Below are positions 1 through 8,646 of a stretch of 64,000 nucleotides of DNA, one piece after another. Origin of the DNA: an uncultured Alphaproteobacteria bacterium (GTDB lineage: Bacteria; Pseudomonadota; Alphaproteobacteria; Rhizobiales; Xanthobacteraceae); contig CAVRVV010000009.1 in the NCBI GenBank assembly GCA_963724715.1, positions 2,060,578-2,124,577 on the forward strand, read 5' to 3'. Made by a program: the position numbers and the translations under genes. Positions within the stretch are counted from its first letter, which is position 1. Every line of letters begins with the position of its first letter. The notes beneath the pieces were generated by a model. The model did no database searches. It was not told the origin of the DNA and saw nothing but the letters and a program-made list of their open reading frames with translations.

Positions 1-270
1 GTAAAGCTCGGCAAGCTCGGTGCCGGGAGCGCCGGCTTTGGCGCGGGCGTCGGCCTTTTCCTCGTAGCCAAGCCCGATCTTGCTCCACGCTTCCGCCCAA
101 TGATCCTTGTCGAGGTTTTGCAGCGTATTCATCACCCGCTCGGCGTCCTCGCGGCGGATATCCTCGAACGGATTGAGCCGCCCGGCGCGGCGCATGAACT
201 CGGCCTTGACCTCGTCCAGCGAGCGCTCGCGCGATCCGGCCGGTTTCGTGGGCGATGCTTGGAGATTCAT
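1..270 (-). CDS. alpha/beta-hydrolase-like protein; only the first 90 codons are present because the gene runs off the left edge
   Basis: The minus-strand frame is open from the ATG (complement of 268-270) to the window edge. An AAGGAG SD lies 5 nt upstream. The translation MNLQASPTKPAGSRERSLDEVKAEFMRRAGRLNPFEDIRREDAERVMNTLQNLDKDHWAEAWSKIGLGYEEKAD resembles FrsA/DUF1100-type hydrolase N-termini from memory. It is absent from the ORF track because there is no stop in the window. Confidence 0.45.
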   Translation of the reverse strand, partial: MNLQASPTKPAGSRERSLDEVKAEFMRRAGRLNPFEDIRREDAERVMNTLQNLDKDHWAEAWSKIGLGYEEKADARAKAGAPGTELAELY

Positions 271-271
271 C

Positions 272-462
272 TGCGCTCCTTTGCCAACTCTCGATCCGGT
301 CGGCAGTAGTATATTGTAGCCATCGGCAGGGACGCGTCCACGCGCCTTGCGTGCGCCGACGCCCGGGGGAAACAATGAAGCGCCGAAGCTTTTTGCACTT
401 GGCCGCAAGCGCCGCGGCGCTGCCGTTGGCGCCGCGCATCGCCCGCGCCCAGGCTTACCCGG
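272..462 (+). repeat. duplicated promoter/leader/signal-peptide module, copy 1
   Basis: It aligns colinearly with 1830..2019, with about 20 differences and one 1-nt indel by eye over about 190 nt. It contains GGACGCGTCC at 330-339. Confidence 0.85.
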
Positions 463-1352
463 CGAAGCCGATCACCATCATCGTGCCGGCGTCGCCGGGA
501 GGTGTGACCGATATGCTCGCGCGCATCCTGGCGCAGCACTTCAACGCCGACTGGGGCGCCCAAACGGTGGTCGAGAACAAGCCGGGCGCCAATAACCAGG
601 TTGCCGCGGAATATGTGATGCACCAGCCGGGCGACGGCTACACGCTGTTCATCGGCCCGGAGACCACCTTCATCGTCAACCCGACGCTTTACCCCGACCT
701 GCGCTACAAGCTCGCCGATTTCACCCCGATCACCGGTCTCGCGCAGATCAATCATGGGCTGATCCTCCATCCGTCGGTGCCGGCGAACAGCGTCAAGGAA
801 TTGGTCGCCCTCGCCATGGCCAAGCCCGGCCAGTTGAATTACGGCACTTACGGCGCCGGCTCGAGCGGCCATCTCAATATGGAAATGTTCAAGACCGTCA
901 CCGGCACCGATCTGGTCGCCGTGCACTATAAGGGCGCGGCGCCGGCGATGCAGGACGTGATCGCCGGCCACATCCAATTGATGTTCGTCAGCGTCGGCAA
1001 CGCCGTGCCGCAATCGAAATCCGGCGCGGTCAAATTCATCGCCATCGGCGCACCGAAGCGCATGGCGCTGCTGCCGGACGTGCCGACCGTCGCCGAGGCC
1101 GGCTATCCCGGCTTCACGGCGGTGTCGTGGTTCGCGCTGTTCGGGTCGGCCGGCATTCCGCCCGACGTGGTCGCCAAGATCAACGGCGAGGTGCGCAAGA
1201 TCTTCGCCGATCCGACCGTTCAGAAGACGTTTCTCGACGCGCAATATTTCGAATCCATTGCTGGTTCGCCGCAGGAACTGAGCGAGCGCATTCGCACCGA
1301 AGAGCCGCAATGGCGCAAGCTGATCGGGACCGCGCATATCACGGTCGAGTAG
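375..1352 (+). CDS. tripartite tricarboxylate transporter substrate-binding protein (TctC/Bug family) 1
   Basis: ORF 255..1352 trimmed to the ATG at 375 (MKRRSFLHLAASAAALPLAPRIARAQAYPAKPITIIVP). It has a Tat/Sec-like signal peptide and Bug-family hallmarks (VENKPGA, PDGYTL, YKGAAPA, WFALF). Confidence 0.9.
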   Translation: MKRRSFLHLAASAAALPLAPRIARAQAYPAKPITIIVPASPGGVTDMLARILAQHFNADWGAQTVVENKPGANNQVAAEYVMHQPGDGYTLFIGPETTFIVNPTLYPDLRYKLADFTPITGLAQINHGLILHPSVPANSVKELVALAMAKPGQLNYGTYGAGSSGHLNMEMFKTVTGTDLVAVHYKGAAPAMQDVIAGHIQLMFVSVGNAVPQSKSGAVKFIAIGAPKRMALLPDVPTVAEAGYPGFTAVSWFALFGSAGIPPDVVAKINGEVRKIFADPTVQKTFLDAQYFESIAGSPQELSERIRTEEPQWRKLIGTAHITVE

Positions 1353-1385
1353 GCGGAATCGCTTGTGGGATTGCCCGAACAGCCG

Positions 1386-1790
1386 TCATTGCGGCGGCAA
1401 TATCGCGATGGCCTCGACCTCGAACAACGCGCCGGGGCGCGCCAGCTGCGGCACACCGACTGTGGTGCTGGCCGGCGGCAAAATCGTGTTCACGTACTTG
1501 TCCCGCACCTCGCGGTAATGCGCGAGATTGGCGCCGATATCGACGACATAGTTGTTGAGTTTGACGACATGCTCAAAGCCGGCGCCGACAGAGGCGAGCG
1601 CCGCCTTTACGTTCTCGAACGCGATTTCCATCTGCTCGCGGGCATTGGCGCCCATCCTGCCTGACTTGTCGATGCCGAGCTGGCCGGCAAAGTAGACGGT
1701 GCGGCCCGGTCCGGTGACTTCCACGACGTGGCTGTAGCCTGGCGGCTTCTGCATCGTATCGGGGTTCGAGAAGCGGATGTTGTCCGGCAT
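1386..1790 (-). CDS. RidA/YjgF family enamine-imine deaminase-like protein
   Basis: 134-aa ORF with GYSHVVEV..GRTVYFAGQ...EVEAIA, typical of the RidA family. Confidence 0.88.
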   Translation of the reverse strand: MPDNIRFSNPDTMQKPPGYSHVVEVTGPGRTVYFAGQLGIDKSGRMGANAREQMEIAFENVKAALASVGAGFEHVVKLNNYVVDIGANLAHYREVRDKYVNTILPPASTTVGVPQLARPGALFEVEAIAILPPQ

Positions 1791-1829
1791 GTTTAGTCTC
1801 CGTCATGTTTGGGACGTTGCAAATCCAAG

Positions 1830-2019
1830 TGCGCTCCTTTGCCAACTCTCGCTGCCGTCGGCTCTGCTATATTGTAGCCGTCGGCATGGACGCGTCCATG
1901 CGCGTTGCATGCGCCGCCGCCGGGGGAAACCATGAAGCGCCGAAATTTTCTGCACTTGGCCGCAAGCGCCGCGGCGCTGCCGTTGGCGCCGCGCTTTGCC
2001 CGCGCCCAGGCTTACCCGG
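1830..2019 (+). repeat. duplicated promoter/leader/signal-peptide module, copy 2
   Basis: See copy 1. It contains the perfect 14-bp palindrome ATGGACGCGTCCAT at 1886-1899. Confidence 0.85.
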
Positions 2020-2903
2020 CACATCCGATCCGCCTCATCGTCGGCTTCCCGGCCGGCGGCCAGGTCGACATCACCGCGCGGCTCGCGGCGCAATGGCTGG
2101 GCAATGCGCTCGGTCAAACCGTCGTGGTCGAGAACAAGCCGGGCGCCGGCGGCAATCTGGGCGCCGAGGCGGTCGTCAACGCGGCGCCGGACGGCTACAC
2201 GCTGTTCTTCGCCGCGGCATCGAATACCGTGAACACGACGTTGTTTCCCAATCTTCCATACGACTTCGCGCGCGACACCACGCCGGTCGGCACCATTAAT
2301 CGCATTCCGCTGGTGCTGGAAGTGAACCCGTCGTTCGAGGCGCAAAACGTCGCCGCCTTCGTCGCCTATGCCAAAGCCAATCCCGGCAAGCTCAGCGTCG
2401 GTTCGCCGTCAGCCGGCACGCCGCCCTATCTCTCCGTCGAATTGCTCAAGATGATGGCCGGCATCGATGTCATACACGTGCCCTATGTGGGCGAGAACCA
2501 GATGGTGACCGACCTGCTCGGCGGCCAGCTCATGGCCGGCGTCGGCGGCATCTCGTCGGGCATCGGCCATATCAAGGCCGGCAAGCTCAACGCGCTCGGC
2601 GTCACCACCGCGGCGCGCGTCCAGGAATTGCCGGACGTGCCGACCATCGCCGACACCATCCCGGGTTTTGAAGCCAGCGGCTGGAGCGGCGTCGTGGCGC
2701 CGAAGAACACGCCAAAGGACATCATCGACAAGCTCGCCGCCGCGATCAAAACCATTCAAGCGGACCCGAAATTCAAGGAGCGGCTGTCCGACTTCGGCGC
2801 GCCGCTGTTTGCCTTGTCGCCCGCGGAATTCGGCAAATTCATCGTCGAGGAAACCGAGAAGTGGGGCAAAGTGGTCAAGTTCGCAGGATTGAAGCCGCAA
2901 TGA
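1932..2903 (+). CDS. TctC/Bug family substrate-binding protein 2
   Basis: ORF 1905..2903 trimmed to the ATG at 1932 (MKRRNFLHLAASAAALPLAPRFARAQAYPAHPIRLIVGFPAGG). The leader and signal peptide are nearly identical to gene 375..1352. Confidence 0.9.
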   Translation: MKRRNFLHLAASAAALPLAPRFARAQAYPAHPIRLIVGFPAGGQVDITARLAAQWLGNALGQTVVVENKPGAGGNLGAEAVVNAAPDGYTLFFAAASNTVNTTLFPNLPYDFARDTTPVGTINRIPLVLEVNPSFEAQNVAAFVAYAKANPGKLSVGSPSAGTPPYLSVELLKMMAGIDVIHVPYVGENQMVTDLLGGQLMAGVGGISSGIGHIKAGKLNALGVTTAARVQELPDVPTIADTIPGFEASGWSGVVAPKNTPKDIIDKLAAAIKTIQADPKFKERLSDFGAPLFALSPAEFGKFIVEETEKWGKVVKFAGLKPQ

Positions 2904-3874
2904 AAACCCAGCGCCGGAAATTCTTGCGCCTCATGGCGGGCGCGGCCGCGTTGCCGGTGCTGCCGCGCGCGGCGAGCGCGGACACTTATCCGACGCGCCC
3001 GGTGCGCATCCTCGTCGGCTATCCGGCCGGCATCGCGCCGGACATTTTCACCCGCCTTGCCGCGCAAGGGTTGTCTGAGCGGCTCGGGCAGCAATTCATC
3101 GTCGACAACCGGCCGGGCGCCAACAGCAATATCGCCACCGAAATGGTGGTGCGTGCTGCACCTGACGGCTACACGCTGCTGACGATGACGGCGACCAACG
3201 CCATCAACGCCACGCTCTACGAGGGCCATCTCACCTTCGATCTGTTGCGCGACCTGGCGCCGGTCGGCGGCCTGATGCGCTCGGCAAGTGTCATACAGGT
3301 GACGCCGTCGCTGCCGGTCAAGACGCTTGCCGAATTCATCGCCTATGCCAAGGCCAATCCCGGCAAACTCAATTACGCCTCGGCCGGCGCCGGCAGCGCC
3401 ACCAATGTGGCCGGCGAGCTGTTTCGGATGATGGCCGGCATCGACCTCGTGCACATCGCCTATCATTCCAATTATTTGCCCGACCTGATGAGCGGCCAGG
3501 TGCAGGCGTCGTTCAGCCCGGTGGCGCAATCGATCGAATTCATCAAAGCCGGCAAGCTGCGCGCGCTCGCGGTGACGAGCGAAAAGCGCCTGGACGCGCT
3601 GCCGGACGTGCCCGCCGCAACGGAAATCGTGCCGGGCTACCAGGCCTATGTGTGGGACGCGATGGGCGCGCCGGCGAACACGCCGGCCGACATTGTCGAC
3701 AAGATCAACCGCGCGCTCAACGACGCGCTAGCCACGCCGGCGATGAGGGCGCGCTATGCCGAGCTCGGCGCCGAGCCATTCATCGTGACGCCGGCCGAGT
3801 TCGGCAAATTTCTTGTTGCCGAAACCAAGAAGTGGGGCGACGTGATCCGGACCGCCCACATCCACGCGGAGTGA
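2900..3874 (+). CDS. TctC/Bug family substrate-binding protein 3
   Basis: ORF 2861..3874 trimmed to the ATG at 2900 (MKTQRRKFLRLMAGAAALPVLPRAASADTYPTRPVRILVGYPAG). An ATGA start/stop overlap with the preceding gene suggests translational coupling. Confidence 0.9.
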   Translation: MKTQRRKFLRLMAGAAALPVLPRAASADTYPTRPVRILVGYPAGIAPDIFTRLAAQGLSERLGQQFIVDNRPGANSNIATEMVVRAAPDGYTLLTMTATNAINATLYEGHLTFDLLRDLAPVGGLMRSASVIQVTPSLPVKTLAEFIAYAKANPGKLNYASAGAGSATNVAGELFRMMAGIDLVHIAYHSNYLPDLMSGQVQASFSPVAQSIEFIKAGKLRALAVTSEKRLDALPDVPAATEIVPGYQAYVWDAMGAPANTPADIVDKINRALNDALATPAMRARYAELGAEPFIVTPAEFGKFLVAETKKWGDVIRTAHIHAE

Positions 3875-3925
3875 ATTCTACCGCCGACATGTCCCCAAAA
3901 GGGTCATTTCCAGAAAGGCATTGGC

Positions 3926-4633
3926 ATGGGCGAACCATCGGTGTGGCAAAAGCTGAAAACCTCGCTGCAGGCTTCCGCCGGCGAAATCGTGTTCGGCATG
4001 GAGGACGGCACCGTTTCGATTTTCGGCCTGGTGTTCGGCGTCGCCGCGACCACCTCCGATCAGAAGGCGGTGCTGATCGCCGGCGCTTCGGGCGCGGTCG
4101 CCGCCGCGGTTTCGATGATGGCCGGGACCTATCTGGATGCCGAGACCGGTGAGGATCAGACCAAAATGACGGCGTCGCGCATCGCGTCCGATTTGCAGAA
4201 AGACCCGGGCTCGGTGCTCCAAGGGGTGACGCAACGGCTGCAAGCCGTCGGCATGGCGAACGATCAAGCCGCGAGCGTCAAGAGCTTCCTCAGTTCACAG
4301 CCGGCCATCCTGCGGGGCTTCGCCATGGCGCTCGCCATGCCGGGCGATGCCGATTCGCGGCAGAGCCCGCTGGTGCGGTCGCTGTGGATGCTGCTTGCCG
4401 ATTTTCTCGCCGCCGCCATCCCGATCCTGCCGTTCGGATTTCTGCCCGTCGCCGAAGGCCGCGTGGTTTCAGGGATCGTCACCACGCTGCTGCTGGTTGC
4501 GCTCGGCATCGGCCGCGCCAAGATCGGCGGCCGCCCCATCGTCCGCACGGTATTCGAGACAGTGTCGATCGGCGTCGCCGCGGCGCTCGCCGGTGTCGGC
4601 ATCGGCGTGTTCGTGTCGCATATCTTCACGTAA
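3926..4633 (+). CDS. VIT1/CCC1 family iron/manganese transporter
   Basis: 235-aa ORF with EIVFGMEDGTVSIFGLVFGVA near the N-terminus and hydrophobic C-terminal helices, typical of the VIT family. Confidence 0.82.
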   Translation: MGEPSVWQKLKTSLQASAGEIVFGMEDGTVSIFGLVFGVAATTSDQKAVLIAGASGAVAAAVSMMAGTYLDAETGEDQTKMTASRIASDLQKDPGSVLQGVTQRLQAVGMANDQAASVKSFLSSQPAILRGFAMALAMPGDADSRQSPLVRSLWMLLADFLAAAIPILPFGFLPVAEGRVVSGIVTTLLLVALGIGRAKIGGRPIVRTVFETVSIGVAAALAGVGIGVFVSHIFT

Positions 4634-4638
4634 CCGGC

Positions 4639-5799
4639 TTACGCCCACAGCTTTTTGCTGGCCATTGCGGCGCCTTCGCTGAGCGCGGCGAGTTTTGCCC
4701 AGACGATCGAATCCGCGACCATCGGCTCGGTGCGCACCGCGGTGCCAAAACCGCAATCGACGCCGGCGATCAACCGCTCGCGATCGATAACTTGTGCGTA
4801 GCGGCCGATGCGTTGCGCGACGAGGCGCGGATGCTCGACGAAATTCGTGGTCGAATCGATGACGCCGGGAATGAGGATCTTGTCGTCGGGAATCTTGATC
4901 GCCTTGAGGTCTTCCCATTCGTGGTCATGGCGCGGATTGGCGGCCTCGATGCTGAACGCCTGGACCCGCGCCTTGAACGCAATGTCGATGATCTTGGTCA
5001 CCGGCAGGTCGTGGGTGTGCGGGCCCTCGTAATTGCCCCAGCAGATGTGCAACCGCATGCGGTCGGCCGGCAGCCCGTCGATCGCGGCATTGAGCGCCGC
5101 GATATTGCGCTCGGCGATCTTTGTACGGAATTCGTCGTCGCTGAGATGGCGGTACTGATTGTTGCGCGCCGAACCGAGGTCGGGCGCGTCGATCTGCAGC
5201 ACGAAGCCGGCTTCGACGATGGCGCGGTATTCGACCTTGAGCACGTCGGCGAGCGCCGCGACATAAGCCTCCTCGCTCGGGTAATGCAGGTTGATGATGA
5301 AGCGCGTCAGAATGCCCGGCGACGGCGCGGTCATGAACACCTCGGCCGGCTTTGATTTCGCCGCCGCGGCTTTGAGATGCGCGAGATCGCGGTCGAGCGC
5401 GGAGCGGTCCTTGTAGCGCAGTTCGCCGACGCAGCCGGGAAACGGCGCGGTGCTGAAATTGCCGCGCCGGCCGAAATCCGGATGCGCGAGGAGATCGCGG
5501 CCGATCATGATGTCGATGCCCTTCTCGGCGGCGCGCGGATCGGGCTCGATGCCGGTGACCCTGTGGCGGATATAGGTCGTATAGGACGGCTTGCTCATCT
5601 CGCCGTCAGAGACCACGTCGATGCCGGCCGCGACCTGCTGCGCGACGACGCCGTCGACCGCCTTGACCACCTCGCCCTCGAAGGCGTCTGCCGCGACCGC
5701 CTCACCCTTCTCGCGGCGGAGAACAAGGTCGATCAGTGGCTTCGGCCGTGGCAGGCTGCCGGTATGCGTGGTCAGAATACGGTCGGTCGAGGTCTGCAT
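4639..5799 (-). CDS. cobalamin-independent methionine synthase (MetE C-terminal domain)-like family protein
   Basis: ORF 4639..5814 trimmed to the ATG at 5799, which has an AGGAG SD 6 nt upstream. It carries the TTHTGSLPRP N-terminal motif and HICWGNYEGPH, typical of the MetE-like Zn methyltransferase fold. Confidence 0.8.
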   Translation of the reverse strand: MQTSTDRILTTHTGSLPRPKPLIDLVLRREKGEAVAADAFEGEVVKAVDGVVAQQVAAGIDVVSDGEMSKPSYTTYIRHRVTGIEPDPRAAEKGIDIMIGRDLLAHPDFGRRGNFSTAPFPGCVGELRYKDRSALDRDLAHLKAAAAKSKPAEVFMTAPSPGILTRFIINLHYPSEEAYVAALADVLKVEYRAIVEAGFVLQIDAPDLGSARNNQYRHLSDDEFRTKIAERNIAALNAAIDGLPADRMRLHICWGNYEGPHTHDLPVTKIIDIAFKARVQAFSIEAANPRHDHEWEDLKAIKIPDDKILIPGVIDSTTNFVEHPRLVAQRIGRYAQVIDRERLIAGVDCGFGTAVRTEPMVADSIVWAKLAALSEGAAMASKKLWA

Positions 5800-5883
5800 G
5801 CGGCACTCCTGCACGGCGTTGTCGTGGTCTTAAGGGGCGGATAGTGTTCGCCCAACACTGGGCCGGCAAGGGAGAGAAATGCA

Positions 5884-6570
5884 ATGCGGATCGTCGATTT
5901 GAGCCGGGAGCTTTATCACCGCACGCCGTCTTATCCCGGGCAGCCGCCCATCATCCACGGCATCTGGAAGACCCACGAGGAGGCGTTCGCCGAATCCGGC
6001 AACGTCCAGGGCAACAGCGTGATGTTCTTCTCCATGCCCGACCACGGCGGCACCCATATCGACGCGCCGCGGCATTTCGGCAAGAGCGGCACGCCGATCA
6101 ATGAATATCCGCTGGAGAACTGCATCGTCCAAGGCATCTGCATCGACCTGCGCCACATCAAGCCGCGCGCGGAAATCACGCCGGCCGATCTGGAAGCCGC
6201 CGTGAAGCAAGCCGGCGTGCCGATCCCGAAAAAGGGCACGGTGCTGCTTTGCACCGGCCATCACGAGCGCACCTTTCCGACCGCGGCCTATGCGACCGAC
6301 AATCCGGGCGTGAATGTCGCGGCGACCGAATGGCTGGCGCAGCAGGGCATCGTGCATTTCGGCATCGACTCGATGCGGCCGGGGCCGGAAGGCAAGGTCA
6401 ACTCGCTGGTGCACAAAGCCTGCCTCGAGCTCGATATCACCCACATGGAAAGCCTGTGCAATCTGGAGGCCCTGCTCGGCCAAGGCGAATTCCAGTTCAT
6501 CGGCCTGCCGCTGAAATGGCGCGAAGGCACCGGCTCGCCGATCCGCGCGGTCGCGGTGTTCGAGAAGTAA
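5884..6570 (+). CDS. cyclase family protein (kynurenine formamidase-like)
   Basis: 228-aa ORF with the motif MPDHGGTHIDAPRHF characteristic of the putative cyclase family. An SD-like GGGAGAG lies upstream. Confidence 0.85.
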   Translation: MRIVDLSRELYHRTPSYPGQPPIIHGIWKTHEEAFAESGNVQGNSVMFFSMPDHGGTHIDAPRHFGKSGTPINEYPLENCIVQGICIDLRHIKPRAEITPADLEAAVKQAGVPIPKKGTVLLCTGHHERTFPTAAYATDNPGVNVAATEWLAQQGIVHFGIDSMRPGPEGKVNSLVHKACLELDITHMESLCNLEALLGQGEFQFIGLPLKWREGTGSPIRAVAVFEK

Positions 6571-6583
6571 AATCGCAATCCCG

Positions 6584-6716
6584 TCATCATCCGCCAACGG
6601 GTCCGGCCCAAAGTGGCCGGCCCGATGACAGGCTCCGGCGGATGATCCAGTAATCGATGGCGGAACGACTCAACAAACAGGTGCGGTGATTACTGGATGC
6701 TCCGCCTTCGCGGAGC
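6584..6716. repeat. intergenic nested-palindrome (REP-like) element
   Basis: Three inverted-repeat pairs: ATCATCCGCC 6586-6595 / GGCGGATGAT 6637-6646, ATCCAGTAATC 6645-6655 / GATTACTGGAT 6688-6698, and GCTCCGC 6699-6705 / GCGGAGC 6710-6716. It lies between two + strand genes. Confidence 0.7.
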
Positions 6717-6747
6717 ATGACAAGCAAAGGGATCAGGAACAAATCAC

Positions 6748-8439
6748 ATGCAAATCGGCCACAACCGCAAAATGACCGGAGCGCAATGCCTCGCCGACAT
6801 GCTCAAGGGCTATGGCGTCACGCACGTTTTTCACGTGCCCGCCGTGCTGCGCACCACCTACGCCGAGATGGAGCGGCGCACCGAGATCAAGCGGCTGCAT
6901 GTGCACGGCGAGAAGGCCGCCGCCTATATGGCGGACGGCTATGCGCGCGCCTCGGGCAAGCCGGGCATCTGCATGGCGCAGGTGATCGGCGCGCTCAATC
7001 TCGCCGCCGGCTTGCGCGACGCGTGGCTCGCGCATTCTCCCGTGATCGCCATGACCGGCGGCCGCGAGCCGAAGACCAAATTCCGCAAAGTGTATCAGGA
7101 GATCGACGACATGCCGGCGTTCGAGCCGGTGACCAAGTTCAATGCCACGGTCGACGACGTGGCGCGATTCCCCGACATGGTTCGGCAGGCATTCCGCACC
7201 GCGGTGACCGGCTGTCCCGGCCCGGTCCATCTGCAGTTTCGCGGCAACGAGGGACAGATCGATGCCGAAGAAGCCGATATGGAGCCGCTGGTCGAGCCGC
7301 AGTTCGCACGCGTGCCGGCGTTCCGCCCGGAGCCGGATGAAGCGAGCGTGCGTGCGGCACTGAAAATTCTGCAGGACTCAGCGCGCCCGGTGATCGTCGC
7401 CGGCGGCGGCGTGCGCGCTTCGGGCGCGGCGCCGGAGCTCGTTGCGCTCGCCGAAGCGCTGCAAATTCCGGTGGCGACCTCGCTCAACGGCAAGGATTCG
7501 ATCCCCGGAAATCATCTGCTCTCGGTCGGCGTCGCCGGCACCTATTCGCGCGAGAGCGCCAACCGCGTGGTCAATGCCGCCGATCTGGTCTGCTTCATTG
7601 GCAGCGAAACCGGCGGCATGACCACTCACTTTTGGGCGGTGCCGAAAATCGGCACGCCGGCGATCCAGATCGACATCGACCCGGAAGCGCTCGGCCGCAA
7701 TTACCCGCTCGCGGCCGGCGTCAACGGCGACGCCAAGGTGACGCTTGCGCGAATGCTCAAGATCGCCGACCGCGGCAGCGCGGCGAAACGCAAGAGCTGG
7801 GTGGCGCAGGCGCAAGGCCTCTGTGCGGAGTGGCGGCAGAAATACAAAGCCGCGCTCGAATCCGACGCGGTGCCGATGCGGCCGGAACGGCTGTGCAGCG
7901 AGCTGACCCAGCACGTGCCCGACGACGCCATCGTCGTGGTCGATACCGGCCATGCCGGCATGTGGATGGGCGGCATGTTCGATCTGAAATCGCCGCGGCA
8001 AAGCTACATGCGCAGCGCCGGCCACCTCGGCTGGGCTTTCCCCGCCGGCTTGGGCGCCAAATGCGGCTGCCCGGAGCGGCCGGTGGTCACCTTCACCGGT
8101 GACGCCGGTTTTTGGTATCACATCGCCGAGGTCGAGACCGCGGTGCGCTGGAACATCAACGCGGTGACCGTGGTCAACAACAATGGCGGCGGCAATCAGT
8201 CGAAACGCGGTTTCGACCGCGTCTATGGCGGCCAGCAAACGCCGAAAGCGCGCGAATTGTGGACCTTCAGCAAGGTCAATTTCGCCCGCCTCGCCGAGGA
8301 CATGGGCGCGCTCGGCATCCGCGTCGAGCAGCCGTCGGCGTTTCCGGCGGCATTGGCACAGGCGCTCGCGGCAAATCGTCCCGCCGTCATCGACGTGGTC
8401 ACCGATATCGAGGCGCTGGCGCCGACAGCGGTCGCTTAG
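6748..8439 (+). CDS. thiamine pyrophosphate-dependent enzyme (acetolactate synthase large subunit-like)
   Basis: 563-aa ORF. The N-terminus reads GAQCLADMLKGYGVTHVFHVP, and the TPP-binding region reads GDAGFWYHIAEVETAVRWNINAVTVVNNNGG. Confidence 0.87.
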   Translation: MQIGHNRKMTGAQCLADMLKGYGVTHVFHVPAVLRTTYAEMERRTEIKRLHVHGEKAAAYMADGYARASGKPGICMAQVIGALNLAAGLRDAWLAHSPVIAMTGGREPKTKFRKVYQEIDDMPAFEPVTKFNATVDDVARFPDMVRQAFRTAVTGCPGPVHLQFRGNEGQIDAEEADMEPLVEPQFARVPAFRPEPDEASVRAALKILQDSARPVIVAGGGVRASGAAPELVALAEALQIPVATSLNGKDSIPGNHLLSVGVAGTYSRESANRVVNAADLVCFIGSETGGMTTHFWAVPKIGTPAIQIDIDPEALGRNYPLAAGVNGDAKVTLARMLKIADRGSAAKRKSWVAQAQGLCAEWRQKYKAALESDAVPMRPERLCSELTQHVPDDAIVVVDTGHAGMWMGGMFDLKSPRQSYMRSAGHLGWAFPAGLGAKCGCPERPVVTFTGDAGFWYHIAEVETAVRWNINAVTVVNNNGGGNQSKRGFDRVYGGQQTPKARELWTFSKVNFARLAEDMGALGIRVEQPSAFPAALAQALAANRPAVIDVVTDIEALAPTAVA

Positions 8440-8646
8440 AGGGCATATTCTGAATTTCCAAGGCAAATCAGTTCAAATGCGGCCGATTTCGCACAGTCAA
8501 GGGTAACCGCGGCCGTTCCGGCCACGAACCGGCCACGAATTTGCAACCATCGGGGGCCGACACTGCCTCCTTTGCGCCCGAGAAATATGGAAAGAAATGT
8601 GGAAAACTGACGGCGTAACGGGTAACGGGCGTACTTTTCGCAATCG

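Noticed and set aside
3875-3925. A metal-sensing riboswitch (for example yybP-ykoY) ahead of the VIT1/CCC1 transporter gene.
   Set aside because: The intergenic leader is only about 50 nt. That is too short for the element, and none of its conserved loops are recognisable.
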